From IMG/VR virus record IMGVR_UViG_3300025728_000009, positions 1 through 64,000 of that record: a DNA stretch of 64,000 bases; one strand, 5' to 3'. This DNA comes from a virus. Of this stretch, positions 45,218 through 55,769 are shown piece by piece. The notes below the pieces were generated by a model, which worked only from the letters and a program-made list of their open reading frames with translations, was not told the DNA's origin and did not search any database. The number at the start of each line of letters is the position of its first letter. Position 1 is the first letter of the stretch. Both the position numbers and the translations under genes were made by a program.

Positions 45218-46300
45218 ATGACGAGTAAACAATACACAGCAATCATTGACGTTGACACTCTCATAATCCATGCTGCATTGGCTGGACAAGAAACAAGTGT
45301 TCTGGTCACACATAAAGAGACCAATTGGAGTAAAGTCTTTAACAACCAAACGGCCTTCTTTGGGCACTTTAAAAAGAAAGAGGGAGGATGGCTTGCTGGA
45401 GTAAATGTAAATAAGATTGAAAAAGGTCTTGATCCTGTCTCACCGGATGCTTTTGAAATTACACCAATTGTCACAAAGCTTGATGATCAGTACACAGAAG
45501 ATGGAACTGTAATCACAGCAGAGACAGTTGTTAAAGGCAGGTTCAAGAATAAGATTGAAGCTATCACTAATCAAGATTGGTGCAAAGACTTTAAGATTTG
45601 TTTTGGTACTGGTAAGAACTTTCGCTATGATATTGCACAGACTCAACCTTATAAGAATGAACGTCCTGTGAAACCTTTGTTGTACGAAGTTGTCAAAGAG
45701 TATATGCTTTGGAAGTACAAAGATAAGATGGTCATTGTTGATCAGGTCGAGACAGATGAGATTGTTACACAGGAACTCTGGAAAGGCTGGATCAAAGCTA
45801 AACGAGACTTTAATAAGCTTGATGTTGTCGGTGTGTGGTGTGATAAAGATTTGGCTCAGTTCGCTCAGCTTCACTACAACTTTGATAAACCAGAACTTGG
45901 CTTAGTAAAGATCGAACCACTAGAAGCAATTAAGAACCTAGCCGTACAACACCTTAAAGGTGATACAATCGACTCTGTACCCGGACTCCCAGCATTGCCA
46001 GAAGAAATGTATAAAGAGTATTCTCTGCGTAAAACTAAAGGTATTGGGGAGACTACAGCACGAGGCGTACTAGCATCAGCAAACTCTCCTAAAGAGGTTT
46101 TTGAACGTGTTATTGCCGCATACAAAGGGCACTACGGAGAGGAAAAACAACCATTCACATCATTCCGTGGTGAAGAGTCTGAGAGGGATTGGTTGGATCA
46201 TTTGAATGAACAGTTTAGACTTCTTAGAATGCGTACTGATGTGACTAAGGATGTTGGGCATGTTAAAGACTTTCTAAAAGCAATGGAGATTAATGTATGA
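45218..46300 (+). CDS. 5'-3' exonuclease (T7 gp6/FEN-like)
   Basis: IIDVD, NFRY....PYK.ER, ETDE, DKDL, GD..D..PG..KGIG. Confidence 0.88.
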   Translation: MTSKQYTAIIDVDTLIIHAALAGQETSVLVTHKETNWSKVFNNQTAFFGHFKKKEGGWLAGVNVNKIEKGLDPVSPDAFEITPIVTKLDDQYTEDGTVITAETVVKGRFKNKIEAITNQDWCKDFKICFGTGKNFRYDIAQTQPYKNERPVKPLLYEVVKEYMLWKYKDKMVIVDQVETDEIVTQELWKGWIKAKRDFNKLDVVGVWCDKDLAQFAQLHYNFDKPELGLVKIEPLEAIKNLAVQHLKGDTIDSVPGLPALPEEMYKEYSLRKTKGIGETTARGVLASANSPKEVFERVIAAYKGHYGEEKQPFTSFRGEESERDWLDHLNEQFRLLRMRTDVTKDVGHVKDFLKAMEINV

Positions 46301-46648
46301 ATAAGATTACCGAAGATTACCTGCTGGAATACGTATCAGACGTTGGTGAGTTTGAAAAAGAGCATCGTAAATATTCTTCTTTCTACTGCACTGTTACACA
46401 CCGAATCACCCAAGAAGATGTCGAAGCTTTGGCTGAAGATGACGTAGATGCAAGTGACTTCCTGAACGTATTGATTACACGTAATGGTATGTGGAGTGAT
46501 AGTGACGGTACAGATTGGGATAGTGTTACTTACGAGAAGCTGCAAGAATATCAAGAGCTTGTTCCAGAAGTTGTGATTGCGGAACATTGGGTGACTAAGT
46601 ATAAGACTTCGGCTTTTAAGCCTGTGTTTGTAGAATGAGAGGTCTTGA

Positions 46649-47242
46649 GTGATCCCATCACAAGCTGACATAGACAAACGTAAAAAGAACTTAGAAAAAC
46701 TCTTAAAGCAAATTGATAAAGAGACAGGGAAGTCAATTGAGTGTAAGATGCTTACTGTTGTTCGTGGCGCTATCCGTAAATCTTGGATGTCAAGTCCTAC
46801 AAAACTCTCTTATCTAGAGCTGGGCATTGAACCAGACATGGACGACACAAACCGTAGGAAGTGGAAATGCCAGTGCGAGATTTGCAAAGAATGGTTTAAG
46901 CTTGCTGATATTCAGATCGACCACATTGATGGGCATAATACTTTCACACAGAAGTCAGATTTTGAAAGTTATTTTGACAGCATCTTGATGGTAGGGTATG
47001 ATGGACTCCAGCGGCTTTGTATAGATTGCCATGCTGTGAAGACTTATGCTGACGCTCACAGCCTTACTTTCGAGCAAGCTGAGAAGGAGAAAGGTGTAAT
47101 TAAGATTATTAACCTTACAGCAGCAGCACAGAAGAAGTGGCTGAAAGATAAGGGTGTTAAACCGGGATCTAATGAAGAGATTAGACGTAATCAAATTCGT
47201 AATGTTTTAGAACAGGAGAAAGATAATGATCGATGTAATTAG
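46649..47242 (+). CDS. HNH endonuclease
   Basis: CEIC...QIDHI...LQRLC..CH..KT. Confidence 0.8.
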   Translation: MIPSQADIDKRKKNLEKLLKQIDKETGKSIECKMLTVVRGAIRKSWMSSPTKLSYLELGIEPDMDDTNRRKWKCQCEICKEWFKLADIQIDHIDGHNTFTQKSDFESYFDSILMVGYDGLQRLCIDCHAVKTYADAHSLTFEQAEKEKGVIKIINLTAAAQKKWLKDKGVKPGSNEEIRRNQIRNVLEQEKDNDRCN

Positions 47243-47941
47243 AAAGATTTACTACGGTGATACAGGTTCCGGTGATTTTGCAGAAGTAACAGTTGACTCA
47301 ATTGCTAACTATGCTGTCTTACTGGGTAACGAATCTATTACTGGTGATAAACGAACTGTCATTTATAAATCAGACATTGACAATCTTGTTGAAGCACTTC
47401 GTGAACTACAGGGGTATTTGTGATGACTGACAAGAAACCTAAAGTTAACACCTTGGCCTACACCGAGCTTTCCATTCAAATTGCAACTCTTTCAGCCAAA
47501 GTTGATAAGCTGCTTGAGTTGGCTATGAAGCAACAACAGCCTGTGAAGTATTGGGTATGTTCTGAAGATGGATCTCCCGGTAAATGGGAAGAAAAGAATC
47601 TTTCTGATGATGAACAATTTGGAGAATCTTTTAAATGAACTATTGGACAGCAACATTAACAGCAGAACTTATTCAGTTTGGTGCATTTTTTAATATCTGG
47701 TGCTCAATCTTGGGGATTTAGTAATGGGAGAATTAGTTGATCTATTTCCAAACAAACAAGTTACGGATAAACCAGTTCAACACACTATATCTAAGTTAGA
47801 CTTCTGGAAAGGTAGGAATGAGATTATAAGTCGTGACTTTCATTCGTTCAGCGTGTATCAGAAACAAGAGACACTTGATACAGTATTAACAATCAATAAC
47901 CAACTCTATGAATTGGTATTAAAACTTAAAGGGGAATTGGA

Positions 47942-48877
47942 TTGATTAGTAAAGAATGGCACAGTGAAGCATTGAGTCTTCGTGATAAAGGTTTTAGTGG
48001 TCGAGCGATTGCTAATATCATTGGTAAGAGCAAGACTCAAGTTAATGATCTTTTTAAGTTTATGTTTGATAGTCGGCAAGAAGTGAATCTACATGCTCCT
48101 GATATCAAAGGGCCAAAGATTCTATTTATCGACATTGAGACGAAGCCCATCCTTGCCCACGTATGGCGATTGTTTGACCAGAACGTAGGCTTGAATCAAA
48201 TCCAAGAAGACTGGGCGATACTCAGCTACTGCGCTAAATGGAAAGGTTCAGAAGATGTAATTTATGAGGATCTTGAAGGTTCACAAGACTTTGAAGATGA
48301 CAGTAAACTTCTAGGCAGTCTTTGGAAACTCCTTAATGAAGCAGATATTGTGGTTGGTCAAAACAGTAAACGCTTCGATACAAAAAAGGTGGCAGCGAGA
48401 TTGGTTATGAACGGCTATCCAAAGCCAAGCACTTATCGTCAGATTGATACGATGATTATTGCAAAGGCTCAGTTTGGTCTGACCAGCAACAAACTCCAAT
48501 ATTTAACGGATAAGTTGTGTACTCAGCATAAGAAATTGGATCACGGTAAGTTTGCCGGTCATTTACTTTGGTCTGAGTGCATGAAGAACAACCCCGCAGC
48601 TTGGGCAGAAATGCGTGAATACAATATTGCCGATGTCCTGAGTCTAGAAGAACTCTACGATTTGCTCAGTTCGTGGGACAACACACTTCCTAACTTTGAT
48701 GTGTATGTAGATGAAATTCTAGATATGTCTGTGTGGGAAGAGGATGGTTTCCATTACTCGAACGTAGGTAAATATAAGCGGTATCGGAATAAAATTACTG
48801 GTGTTCAACGGCGTTCTCGTGTTAATCTATTGCCGAAGGAAAAGAGGGACAGCTTGTTGTCTAATATTGCAGGGTAA
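47942..48877 (+). CDS. DnaQ/RNase H-like 3'-5' exonuclease with N-terminal HTH
   Basis: DIET, GQN...FD, IDT, YN..DV (DEDDy). Confidence 0.8.
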   Translation: MISKEWHSEALSLRDKGFSGRAIANIIGKSKTQVNDLFKFMFDSRQEVNLHAPDIKGPKILFIDIETKPILAHVWRLFDQNVGLNQIQEDWAILSYCAKWKGSEDVIYEDLEGSQDFEDDSKLLGSLWKLLNEADIVVGQNSKRFDTKKVAARLVMNGYPKPSTYRQIDTMIIAKAQFGLTSNKLQYLTDKLCTQHKKLDHGKFAGHLLWSECMKNNPAAWAEMREYNIADVLSLEELYDLLSSWDNTLPNFDVYVDEILDMSVWEEDGFHYSNVGKYKRYRNKITGVQRRSRVNLLPKEKRDSLLSNIAG

Positions 48878-49322
48878 ATATGAGCATTCACAACCGAGTA
48901 CACGAAGCACACCGCTACACAGTCTTAGCTCAATTCAAAGAAAATAAATATCTTCCACAAACACCAGAGGGTCTGTTAGAATTCTTGTTTGATGAGGATA
49001 GTGAATACAGGATTTATTACTATGATGATCCATATACAAAGAACACAATTGGTCAACGATTGAATACTATGTGGATGCTTCCTCTCTGGTTTGTATGTGC
49101 CCCTTTCTTGTGGGTGTTTACAGGTGATACGGGGATTAATCAACACAGTAAGCTTGGTAAGTGGATTAGTAAGATGACAGGAGCTTAATATGGATTTTCG
49201 ATTGTATGAACGAGTGAATACACTAGAGAAAGAACTTGACGATATGCGTTTGCTCGTTCATACTCTCAAACAAGAACAAAGCAATATGCTTGAACAAATT
49301 AAAAGATTGAAGGAGATTAATA

Positions 49323-49898
49323 GTGATGGCAGCGGAAAGTAACGAGTTTCAAATTGGAGATATCATAAAAACTAAAGACTTGGCTTGGGATCAGTACGCA
49401 AAAGAACTCCAGCGATTTGGATTTATGCGTGGTGCTACCTACGAAGTGTCTGGTGTATATAATAAAGGATTGACTATTTCTATTAAAGGAAGCTGGTCAA
49501 GCTATTACGCAAAATACTTTGAGTTGCATTGGGGAACTAAGGCAGAGAATGAATCCTCTATCGCACGCCCTGTACTTGAGGAACGTAAAGTTGGCAAAGT
49601 CCAGATGGACTTGTTCGATTCAGGCTTCCCCAATGCAATCACTGAAGTTGCAAAGGTAATGACATGGGCTGCTGAGAATAAAGGCTATAAACCTCATGAT
49701 TGGAAAGGTCTTCCAAACGCCGAAACTGAATTCTCTGCTGCTGCTAGTCGTCATCGGGTAAAGGGTTTTATCCAGAAAGCTGAAGGTGTTGCAGCTATTG
49801 ACAGGACGGATGAAGAGAGTAATATTGTCCACTTGGCTCATACTGCATTTAATATTCTTGCTGAACTTGAACTTGTTTTAACTGGTAAAATCAAATGA
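49323..49898 (+). CDS. dATP/dGTP diphosphohydrolase-like (DUF5664) domain protein
   Basis: VM..A...Y....WK.....AA.RH......D.ES...HLAH.A.N. Confidence 0.7.
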   Translation: MMAAESNEFQIGDIIKTKDLAWDQYAKELQRFGFMRGATYEVSGVYNKGLTISIKGSWSSYYAKYFELHWGTKAENESSIARPVLEERKVGKVQMDLFDSGFPNAITEVAKVMTWAAENKGYKPHDWKGLPNAETEFSAAASRHRVKGFIQKAEGVAAIDRTDEESNIVHLAHTAFNILAELELVLTGKIK

Positions 49899-50113
49899 AA
49901 CAAAGTAGAATAGATTCAGTTAAAGAAGTGGTATGCAATACTGGTGTAGGAATGGTGGGATCATGGCTTATTACAATGGCTTGCCTGATGTTCTTCACTA
50001 CACCAGTTGGGATTGCAACATCCACGACTCTAGGATGCACTTGCTGGAGTTTGATGAGAGGTTATGTTGTGAGACGATATTTTGATTCAAAGCTAGAAAC
50101 ACAAATTAATTAA
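49895..50113 (+). CDS. Small membrane protein
   Basis: Q....S..E...N...G...S..R.Y..RR.F pattern, hydrophobic core. Confidence 0.6.
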   Translation: MKQSRIDSVKEVVCNTGVGMVGSWLITMACLMFFTTPVGIATSTTLGCTCWSLMRGYVVRRYFDSKLETQIN

Positions 50114-50122
50114 GGAGAAGTT

Positions 50123-50608
50123 GTGAAAGATTTGCCAAAGCTTTACAAGAACATCGTAGATTGGAACAAGAAGGCAGGTAGCCGATATGAACCATTTGAT
50201 ACAGTGGAGTGGTGGAGTAAGATGGAACTTCAATCAAACCTCCTGAAAGAAGAGTCTAGTGAAGTTGGTGAAGCTGTAGAGTATTGTGATGCTGAAAACC
50301 TTCTAGCTGAAGCCTGTGATGTTTTTGTAATCTGGTCTTACCTTGCTAACCAGTTGGAGAAAGCTGGTTATGATGTCCAAGGTGCAATTGAAGAGATTGG
50401 TCGGGTAAATAACACAAAGATTTTCAATACTTATTCTGAAGCTTCTGATACACTAACGTGGTATGAATCTAAAGGCGAGGAAGGCTATTATATTGAAGAG
50501 TCTTACTTGAACAATCTTCCTTACTACACTGTTCGGAACAAGAATGGTAAAGTAGTTAAACCAAAGGACTTTGTTAAGGTAGTTTTGAAGGGGTATGTAC
50601 CTAAATGA
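50123..50608 (+). CDS. MazG-like nucleotide pyrophosphohydrolase
   Basis: EE..E, E.CD, N..K, GKV.KP..F. Confidence 0.7.
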   Translation: MKDLPKLYKNIVDWNKKAGSRYEPFDTVEWWSKMELQSNLLKEESSEVGEAVEYCDAENLLAEACDVFVIWSYLANQLEKAGYDVQGAIEEIGRVNNTKIFNTYSEASDTLTWYESKGEEGYYIEESYLNNLPYYTVRNKNGKVVKPKDFVKVVLKGYVPK

Positions 50609-50752
50609 ACAAAGAACAAACAATGAATTGGAAGCTTGACGTAACAACAAAAGAATATTATTATCGTCTGGTTGACACAGGACATGCGTGGGAGTTCTAC
50701 CCAGAATTGCCGGGTAGTTGGGAAGAATGTAAAGTAATTTTGGAGGAAGAGA

Positions 50753-51724
50753 ATGAGTGACCAAGTAAGTGCAAAAGTAATTGCTCACAGTAAAGCCAAG
50801 GAGACAGGTAAAGAAGTCATTACATTTGAGCTTGAGTTTCCACGGATTGTTTTGGCTGAGTTCAATACACACAATGCTCTGTCAAAGAATTCCAGTTCCT
50901 CCCGTGCTATTCCTGTACAAACGATGTTGGCACAAGTACGAGATGATCCGGCAATGCCTGTACGCTTCGGAAAGAAGAATAAAGGCATGCAAGATGCTGG
51001 AGAGCATGATGGGTTAGTTGACCTTTGGAATGATTACTTAGATGATTCTGAGGCTTATGGTGCAGAAGATGCTTGGCGAATGGCTGCCCAAAGTGCAGCA
51101 AGTTTTGCAGGTGCATTTGACGAAGCCGGTTATGCTAAACAAATCTGTAATCGTTTGATTGAACCGTTCCAACGAATGAAAGTTGTAATGACTGCTACAG
51201 AGCTAGCAAATTTTCTTTGGTTGCGTGATCATCCAGCAGCAGATCCAACTATCGAAGCTTTGGCACAGAAGATTAAGAAAGCTTATATTAACTCTGGAGC
51301 GGTTGAACTTGATGTAGGTGACTGGCATGTACCTTATTTTTGTGGGAGTTGGGGTAAGGGTGTTTGGAAGAAAGGGCTTGAAGTAGAAAGCCTTCAAGAC
51401 GCTTTGGACATTAGCGCTAGTTGTGCAGCACAAGTTTCTTACAGGAAGTTAGATGATAGTGCAGAAAAGGCTAAGTCTGTTGTTGATCGGTTGAACTTGG
51501 GTGTTGACATTACTGAGCCAATGCATGTTTCTCCAACGGAACACCAATGTACACCAATTGGTCAGCCAGATTTATATGGTAAAGTTAATCACCCTTTCAA
51601 TCCAAACACTTGGCAAGAAGGTGTGACACACGTTAAAAAGAATGGTACACTTTGTTCAGGCAACCTAGAAGGGTTTGTTCAGTACCGGAAACTTATTCCC
51701 GGTAATTGCTACGGAGAGAAATAA
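50753..51724 (+). CDS. thyX: Flavin-dependent thymidylate synthase
   Basis: PRI..AEFNTH...KNSSSSRA, NRL.EP, CA.VSY, H.SP.EH. Confidence 0.88.
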   Translation: MSDQVSAKVIAHSKAKETGKEVITFELEFPRIVLAEFNTHNALSKNSSSSRAIPVQTMLAQVRDDPAMPVRFGKKNKGMQDAGEHDGLVDLWNDYLDDSEAYGAEDAWRMAAQSAASFAGAFDEAGYAKQICNRLIEPFQRMKVVMTATELANFLWLRDHPAADPTIEALAQKIKKAYINSGAVELDVGDWHVPYFCGSWGKGVWKKGLEVESLQDALDISASCAAQVSYRKLDDSAEKAKSVVDRLNLGVDITEPMHVSPTEHQCTPIGQPDLYGKVNHPFNPNTWQEGVTHVKKNGTLCSGNLEGFVQYRKLIPGNCYGEK

Positions 51725-52472
51725 AATGAGCTTTGAAAACAATAGTGACTCGCCAATTGAATTCTTTATTTTGGAAGTTGCATCACTGATGGCAATTAGG
51801 GAGGGTATTGCTCACCGAGAGGCACATGTAAAGATTCTTGAAACATTATCAGAGTGGGTTTTCTTATATGAGTCAGGCTTGACCGCAAAGCTTTCTTATA
51901 ATAAATTTCGGAGTAGTAGTGTATGAAAGAACTTATCATTGATTCAGTAGATGATGGTTGTGAAGGGTTTCTGCGAATCGTTGTAGATGGGGAAAAGATT
52001 CAGTCCGACTGTCCTTATAACTTCTTTGACCAGCTTCTTACGGCACTTGGCTTTAATGCAGTTTATAATAATATTGAGGAAGACGTATGATTGGTTACAG
52101 CCTAAGCTTGTCAGATATGTTGTTGGTAGAAGGTTTCAAAGAGGCTTTTGGGGAAGACAATAAAGAACTAATTAATAAGTATCTTTATGATAACGGGATG
52201 GATTGCACTCTTGGTGTAGATGAGGTAGTATGCCGACATCGTAATCTTCGCGGGCAAGTTGTTAATTGCCTTCGTTGGGAAGCACACGAGCGGGATGATC
52301 CAAACTGGATGTCTGGGGATGGTTGCTCTTGGGATAATAAAATTGAGAACAGCAGCCTTGACCTTCGCATTCAACTAAAGAATATGGGCAAGATTTTGAA
52401 TACTGGAGACTTCTGTGATTATGCTGAACGTCATGGTATTCAGTCGGATAGTAAATAATTAAGGGGAATGTT

Positions 52473-54641
52473 TTGAAAGTAACAAAACGAACTGGGGTGT
52501 CGGAAGTTTTTGAAGTAGAGAAGATTAAGAAAGTTGTTCATTGGGCGTGTGAGGGTTTGGAGGTCAATCCTCTGGCCCTTGAATCTAAGTTTGATGAGTT
52601 CCTTTTTGATGGAATTAGCTCTAAACAACTTCAAGCCAATATTATTGACAATGCTAAGACTCTAGCAACTCCACAAGAACCTGACTGGGTATTTGTTGCT
52701 GGTCGTCTTGAGACTATGAATCGTTGGGCTGAAACACGGACTTATGAAATCCCGTTCCTTGAGTTCGTGAAAGAACAAGAAGTGCTTGGTTTCTGGACTC
52801 ATGAAATGTTCAAACAATATTCTGATGAGGACATTGAAGAGCTTGGTGAGTACATTGTACAAGAGCGTGACCTTGACCATTCAATTGCATCTGTTCTGAC
52901 AGCGAAGAGTAAATATCTTCTACCTAATGAATGTATCCAACACATGTTCATGGGTAACGCAATGATTATTGCTGGGCCTGAAGAACAAGATAAAGTTGGT
53001 TTTGCTAAGAAAGTATATGATGCATTGAGCGAACGTAAGATCAGCCTTGCAACCCCTTGGCTTAGTAACCTTCGTAACGCTGGTAATATTAGTAGCTGCT
53101 TCATTATTTCGGTTGATGATAATATCCATTCGATTTATGACAACCTGAAGAATGCGGCTCTGGTAAGTAAGAATGGTGGTGGACTAGGTGTGGACCTTGC
53201 TCGTGTTCGTTGCCGTGGTAGTAAGTTGATGGGGCAAGAGGGTGGAAGTGGTGGTATTATTGGATGGGTAAAACTGTTTAACGATACAGCAGTCAGTGTG
53301 AATCAGGGTGGTAAACGAGCTGGCGCTTTCACCGTAGCTGTGCCTATTTGGCACGGGGATGTGGATGTCTACTTGGATGTACAGACTGAAGCTGGTGATC
53401 AACGCCTTAAAGCCCATGACATCAAAACTCAAGTTGGTATCTATGACTTGTTCATGGAAACAAAGAATGATTCAACTAAAGAGTGGTATACATTCTGCCC
53501 TTATGAAGTAGAAGAGAAACTCGGTATTCAGTTGTTCTCTGTGTTTGGTGAAGAGTTTAATCAAGCTTATAACACTTGTGTACTTGCAGCAGATCAAGGG
53601 AAGCTCAAGACGGTTCGTAAACACAATGCTAAAGAACTGTGGAAGAAAGTGTTGCGTGTTCAGTTTGAAACAGGGATGCCTTATGTTGCTTTCTTAGATG
53701 AGATCAACAAGCATAATCCAAACAAACATATTGGCAACATCCCTTGTGTAAACCTTTGCACTGAATCGTTTAGTGTTGTGATTCCAGACAAACTTAGCCA
53801 TACATGCAACTTGGCAAGTTTGGTCGTTGGTCGTATTACTCTGGAGCAACTGGTAGAGTCTGCAGCACTGGCAACACGGATTCTGGATAATGGTATTGCG
53901 CTGACTAAGGCACCAACGAAAGAGAGTGAAGATCATAATAACCTTCTTCGCACAATTGGTGTTGGGATTCAGGGATATGCTGACCTAATTGCTCGGGAAA
54001 ATAAGAGCTTTCTAGACGTTGAGTTCGCAAGCTTGGTGGCAGAGTCAATTGAGTACGGATGCGTCTCTGAGAGTGTAAAACTCGCTAAAGAACGTGGTCC
54101 TTATCCGGCTTTTGAAGGTAGCGAGTGGAGTAATGGTAATCGAGTATCTACTTTCATCAGTAATGCAAGTGGTCGTTACGATTGGGTAGAACAACAGAAC
54201 CAGATTGATTTGTTTGGTATTCGGAATAGTCAACTAACTAGCCCAGCACCGAACACAAGCACTTCAATTTTCATGGATGCTGCTGCTAGTATGATGCCTG
54301 TGTACAGTGCCTTCTTTTATGAAGATAACCGTGACGGTTTGAATCCAGTTACATCAATGTACTTGAAAGAGAATCCACTTAGCTACGCTCGTGATATTAC
54401 TAAATTCAAACCTTGGGATTTGACGAAAACAGTTGGTGCAATGCAGAAATGGATTGACACAGGAATCTCAGCAGAGTATGTGATGGATAAAAACCAAACA
54501 GGCTTCAGTGCTAAATGGTTGTGGGATACTCATGAAAGTGCTTGGACCAACAAGAATAAAGCTGTATACTACATCCGCACCGTGAAGCAAGGTGAACGAT
54601 TAATTAAAGATGCAGTGGACTGTGTAGGCTGCGCTGGGTGA
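52473..54641 (+). CDS. nrdA: Class I ribonucleotide reductase alpha subunit with ATP cone
   Basis: V.KR.G, ATP, SSCF, NLCTE, CNLAS, PN.STS, YY, C-terminal CVGC. Confidence 0.95.
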   Translation: MKVTKRTGVSEVFEVEKIKKVVHWACEGLEVNPLALESKFDEFLFDGISSKQLQANIIDNAKTLATPQEPDWVFVAGRLETMNRWAETRTYEIPFLEFVKEQEVLGFWTHEMFKQYSDEDIEELGEYIVQERDLDHSIASVLTAKSKYLLPNECIQHMFMGNAMIIAGPEEQDKVGFAKKVYDALSERKISLATPWLSNLRNAGNISSCFIISVDDNIHSIYDNLKNAALVSKNGGGLGVDLARVRCRGSKLMGQEGGSGGIIGWVKLFNDTAVSVNQGGKRAGAFTVAVPIWHGDVDVYLDVQTEAGDQRLKAHDIKTQVGIYDLFMETKNDSTKEWYTFCPYEVEEKLGIQLFSVFGEEFNQAYNTCVLAADQGKLKTVRKHNAKELWKKVLRVQFETGMPYVAFLDEINKHNPNKHIGNIPCVNLCTESFSVVIPDKLSHTCNLASLVVGRITLEQLVESAALATRILDNGIALTKAPTKESEDHNNLLRTIGVGIQGYADLIARENKSFLDVEFASLVAESIEYGCVSESVKLAKERGPYPAFEGSEWSNGNRVSTFISNASGRYDWVEQQNQIDLFGIRNSQLTSPAPNTSTSIFMDAAASMMPVYSAFFYEDNRDGLNPVTSMYLKENPLSYARDITKFKPWDLTKTVGAMQKWIDTGISAEYVMDKNQTGFSAKWLWDTHESAWTNKNKAVYYIRTVKQGERLIKDAVDCVGCAG

Positions 54642-54655
54642 ATTAAGGAGAAAAG

Positions 54656-55675
54656 ATGAAGTTGAAAGCAACCCCGCTGTTCAATGAGAACGGCGGTGAT
54701 GGATACGAGGACCAAGAGATTATCAATGGTAATCCAACGGGTATTGCAAACCTTAATAATGTACGCTACTCGTGGGTAAATCCTTTGTACCGCACTATGG
54801 TTGGCAACTTCTGGGTTCCGCAGAAAGTGAGTCTGGTTGAGGATCGAATTACTTTATCTGAGTTGGATGAACAAGAAGAGGAAGCTGTTCGTAAGACACT
54901 TTCATTCTTGATCTTTCTTGATTCTTTCCAAGTTAATAACCTACCTAACGTGGCAGAGTTCATTACTTGTCCGGGTGTTAAGAACCTTCTTGCGGTACAG
55001 GCTTTTCAAGAAGTGATTCACAGTGAAACTTATCAGTATATCTTGGAAGCTCTATATCCAAGCATGAAGCGTGACGAGATTTACAACATGTGGCGTACCC
55101 ATGAACCACTGCGTAAACGTATTAAGTTTATCTCTGACATTGCACAGAAGTTTGTAGATAACAAAGATAAAGATTCATTTATTGATGTGGTGATTGCTAA
55201 CTTTATTCTTGAGGGTTTGTACTTCTATCAGGGGTTTGGTTACTTCCATCAGCTTGCACACCGTAAGAAGTTGGTGCAGACAGACAAGGAAATCACATAC
55301 ATCCAAACAGATGAACTGACTCACATGGGTATTTTTATTAATATCTTGAAAGAGTTGGGTGTTGAGCAATACAAGGAACGTATTATTGACATGTTCAAGC
55401 AAGCTGTTGAACAAGAGATTGAATGGTGTCATGATGTTTATGGGGATAAGATACTTGGTATCTCTAAGAAATCATCTGAGCAATATGTGAAGTGGTTGTG
55501 TAATGATCGCCTTGGTCGGTTGGGTATTCCAGAGGTTTATGAGGGTGTTGATAATCCTTACAAGCATATTGAGAATGCTTCAAAGCAAGGTGCTACCCGA
55601 GGTAATTTTTTTGAATCCTCTGCAATCACTAGCTATGACACATCTGAATCTGTGGATGGTTGGGATGATTTGTAA
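54656..55675 (+). CDS. nrdB: Ribonucleotide reductase beta subunit
   Basis: FW, LD, QEVIHSETY, LEG, DELTH metal/radical ligands. Confidence 0.95.
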   Translation: MKLKATPLFNENGGDGYEDQEIINGNPTGIANLNNVRYSWVNPLYRTMVGNFWVPQKVSLVEDRITLSELDEQEEEAVRKTLSFLIFLDSFQVNNLPNVAEFITCPGVKNLLAVQAFQEVIHSETYQYILEALYPSMKRDEIYNMWRTHEPLRKRIKFISDIAQKFVDNKDKDSFIDVVIANFILEGLYFYQGFGYFHQLAHRKKLVQTDKEITYIQTDELTHMGIFINILKELGVEQYKERIIDMFKQAVEQEIEWCHDVYGDKILGISKKSSEQYVKWLCNDRLGRLGIPEVYEGVDNPYKHIENASKQGATRGNFFESSAITSYDTSESVDGWDDL

Positions 55676-55769
55676 AATAAAATTTGACATAGCTTTGAAA
55701 GAAGCCTAAACTGAGGACCAGAGCATCTCTGCCTTGGTCCTTTTCTTTGTTTAAAATAGGAGAAATATT

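Noticed and set aside
49323-49898. 2-aminoadenine (Z) genome pathway
   Set aside because: No PurZ or DatZ visible in the window; this domain is common in unmodified phages
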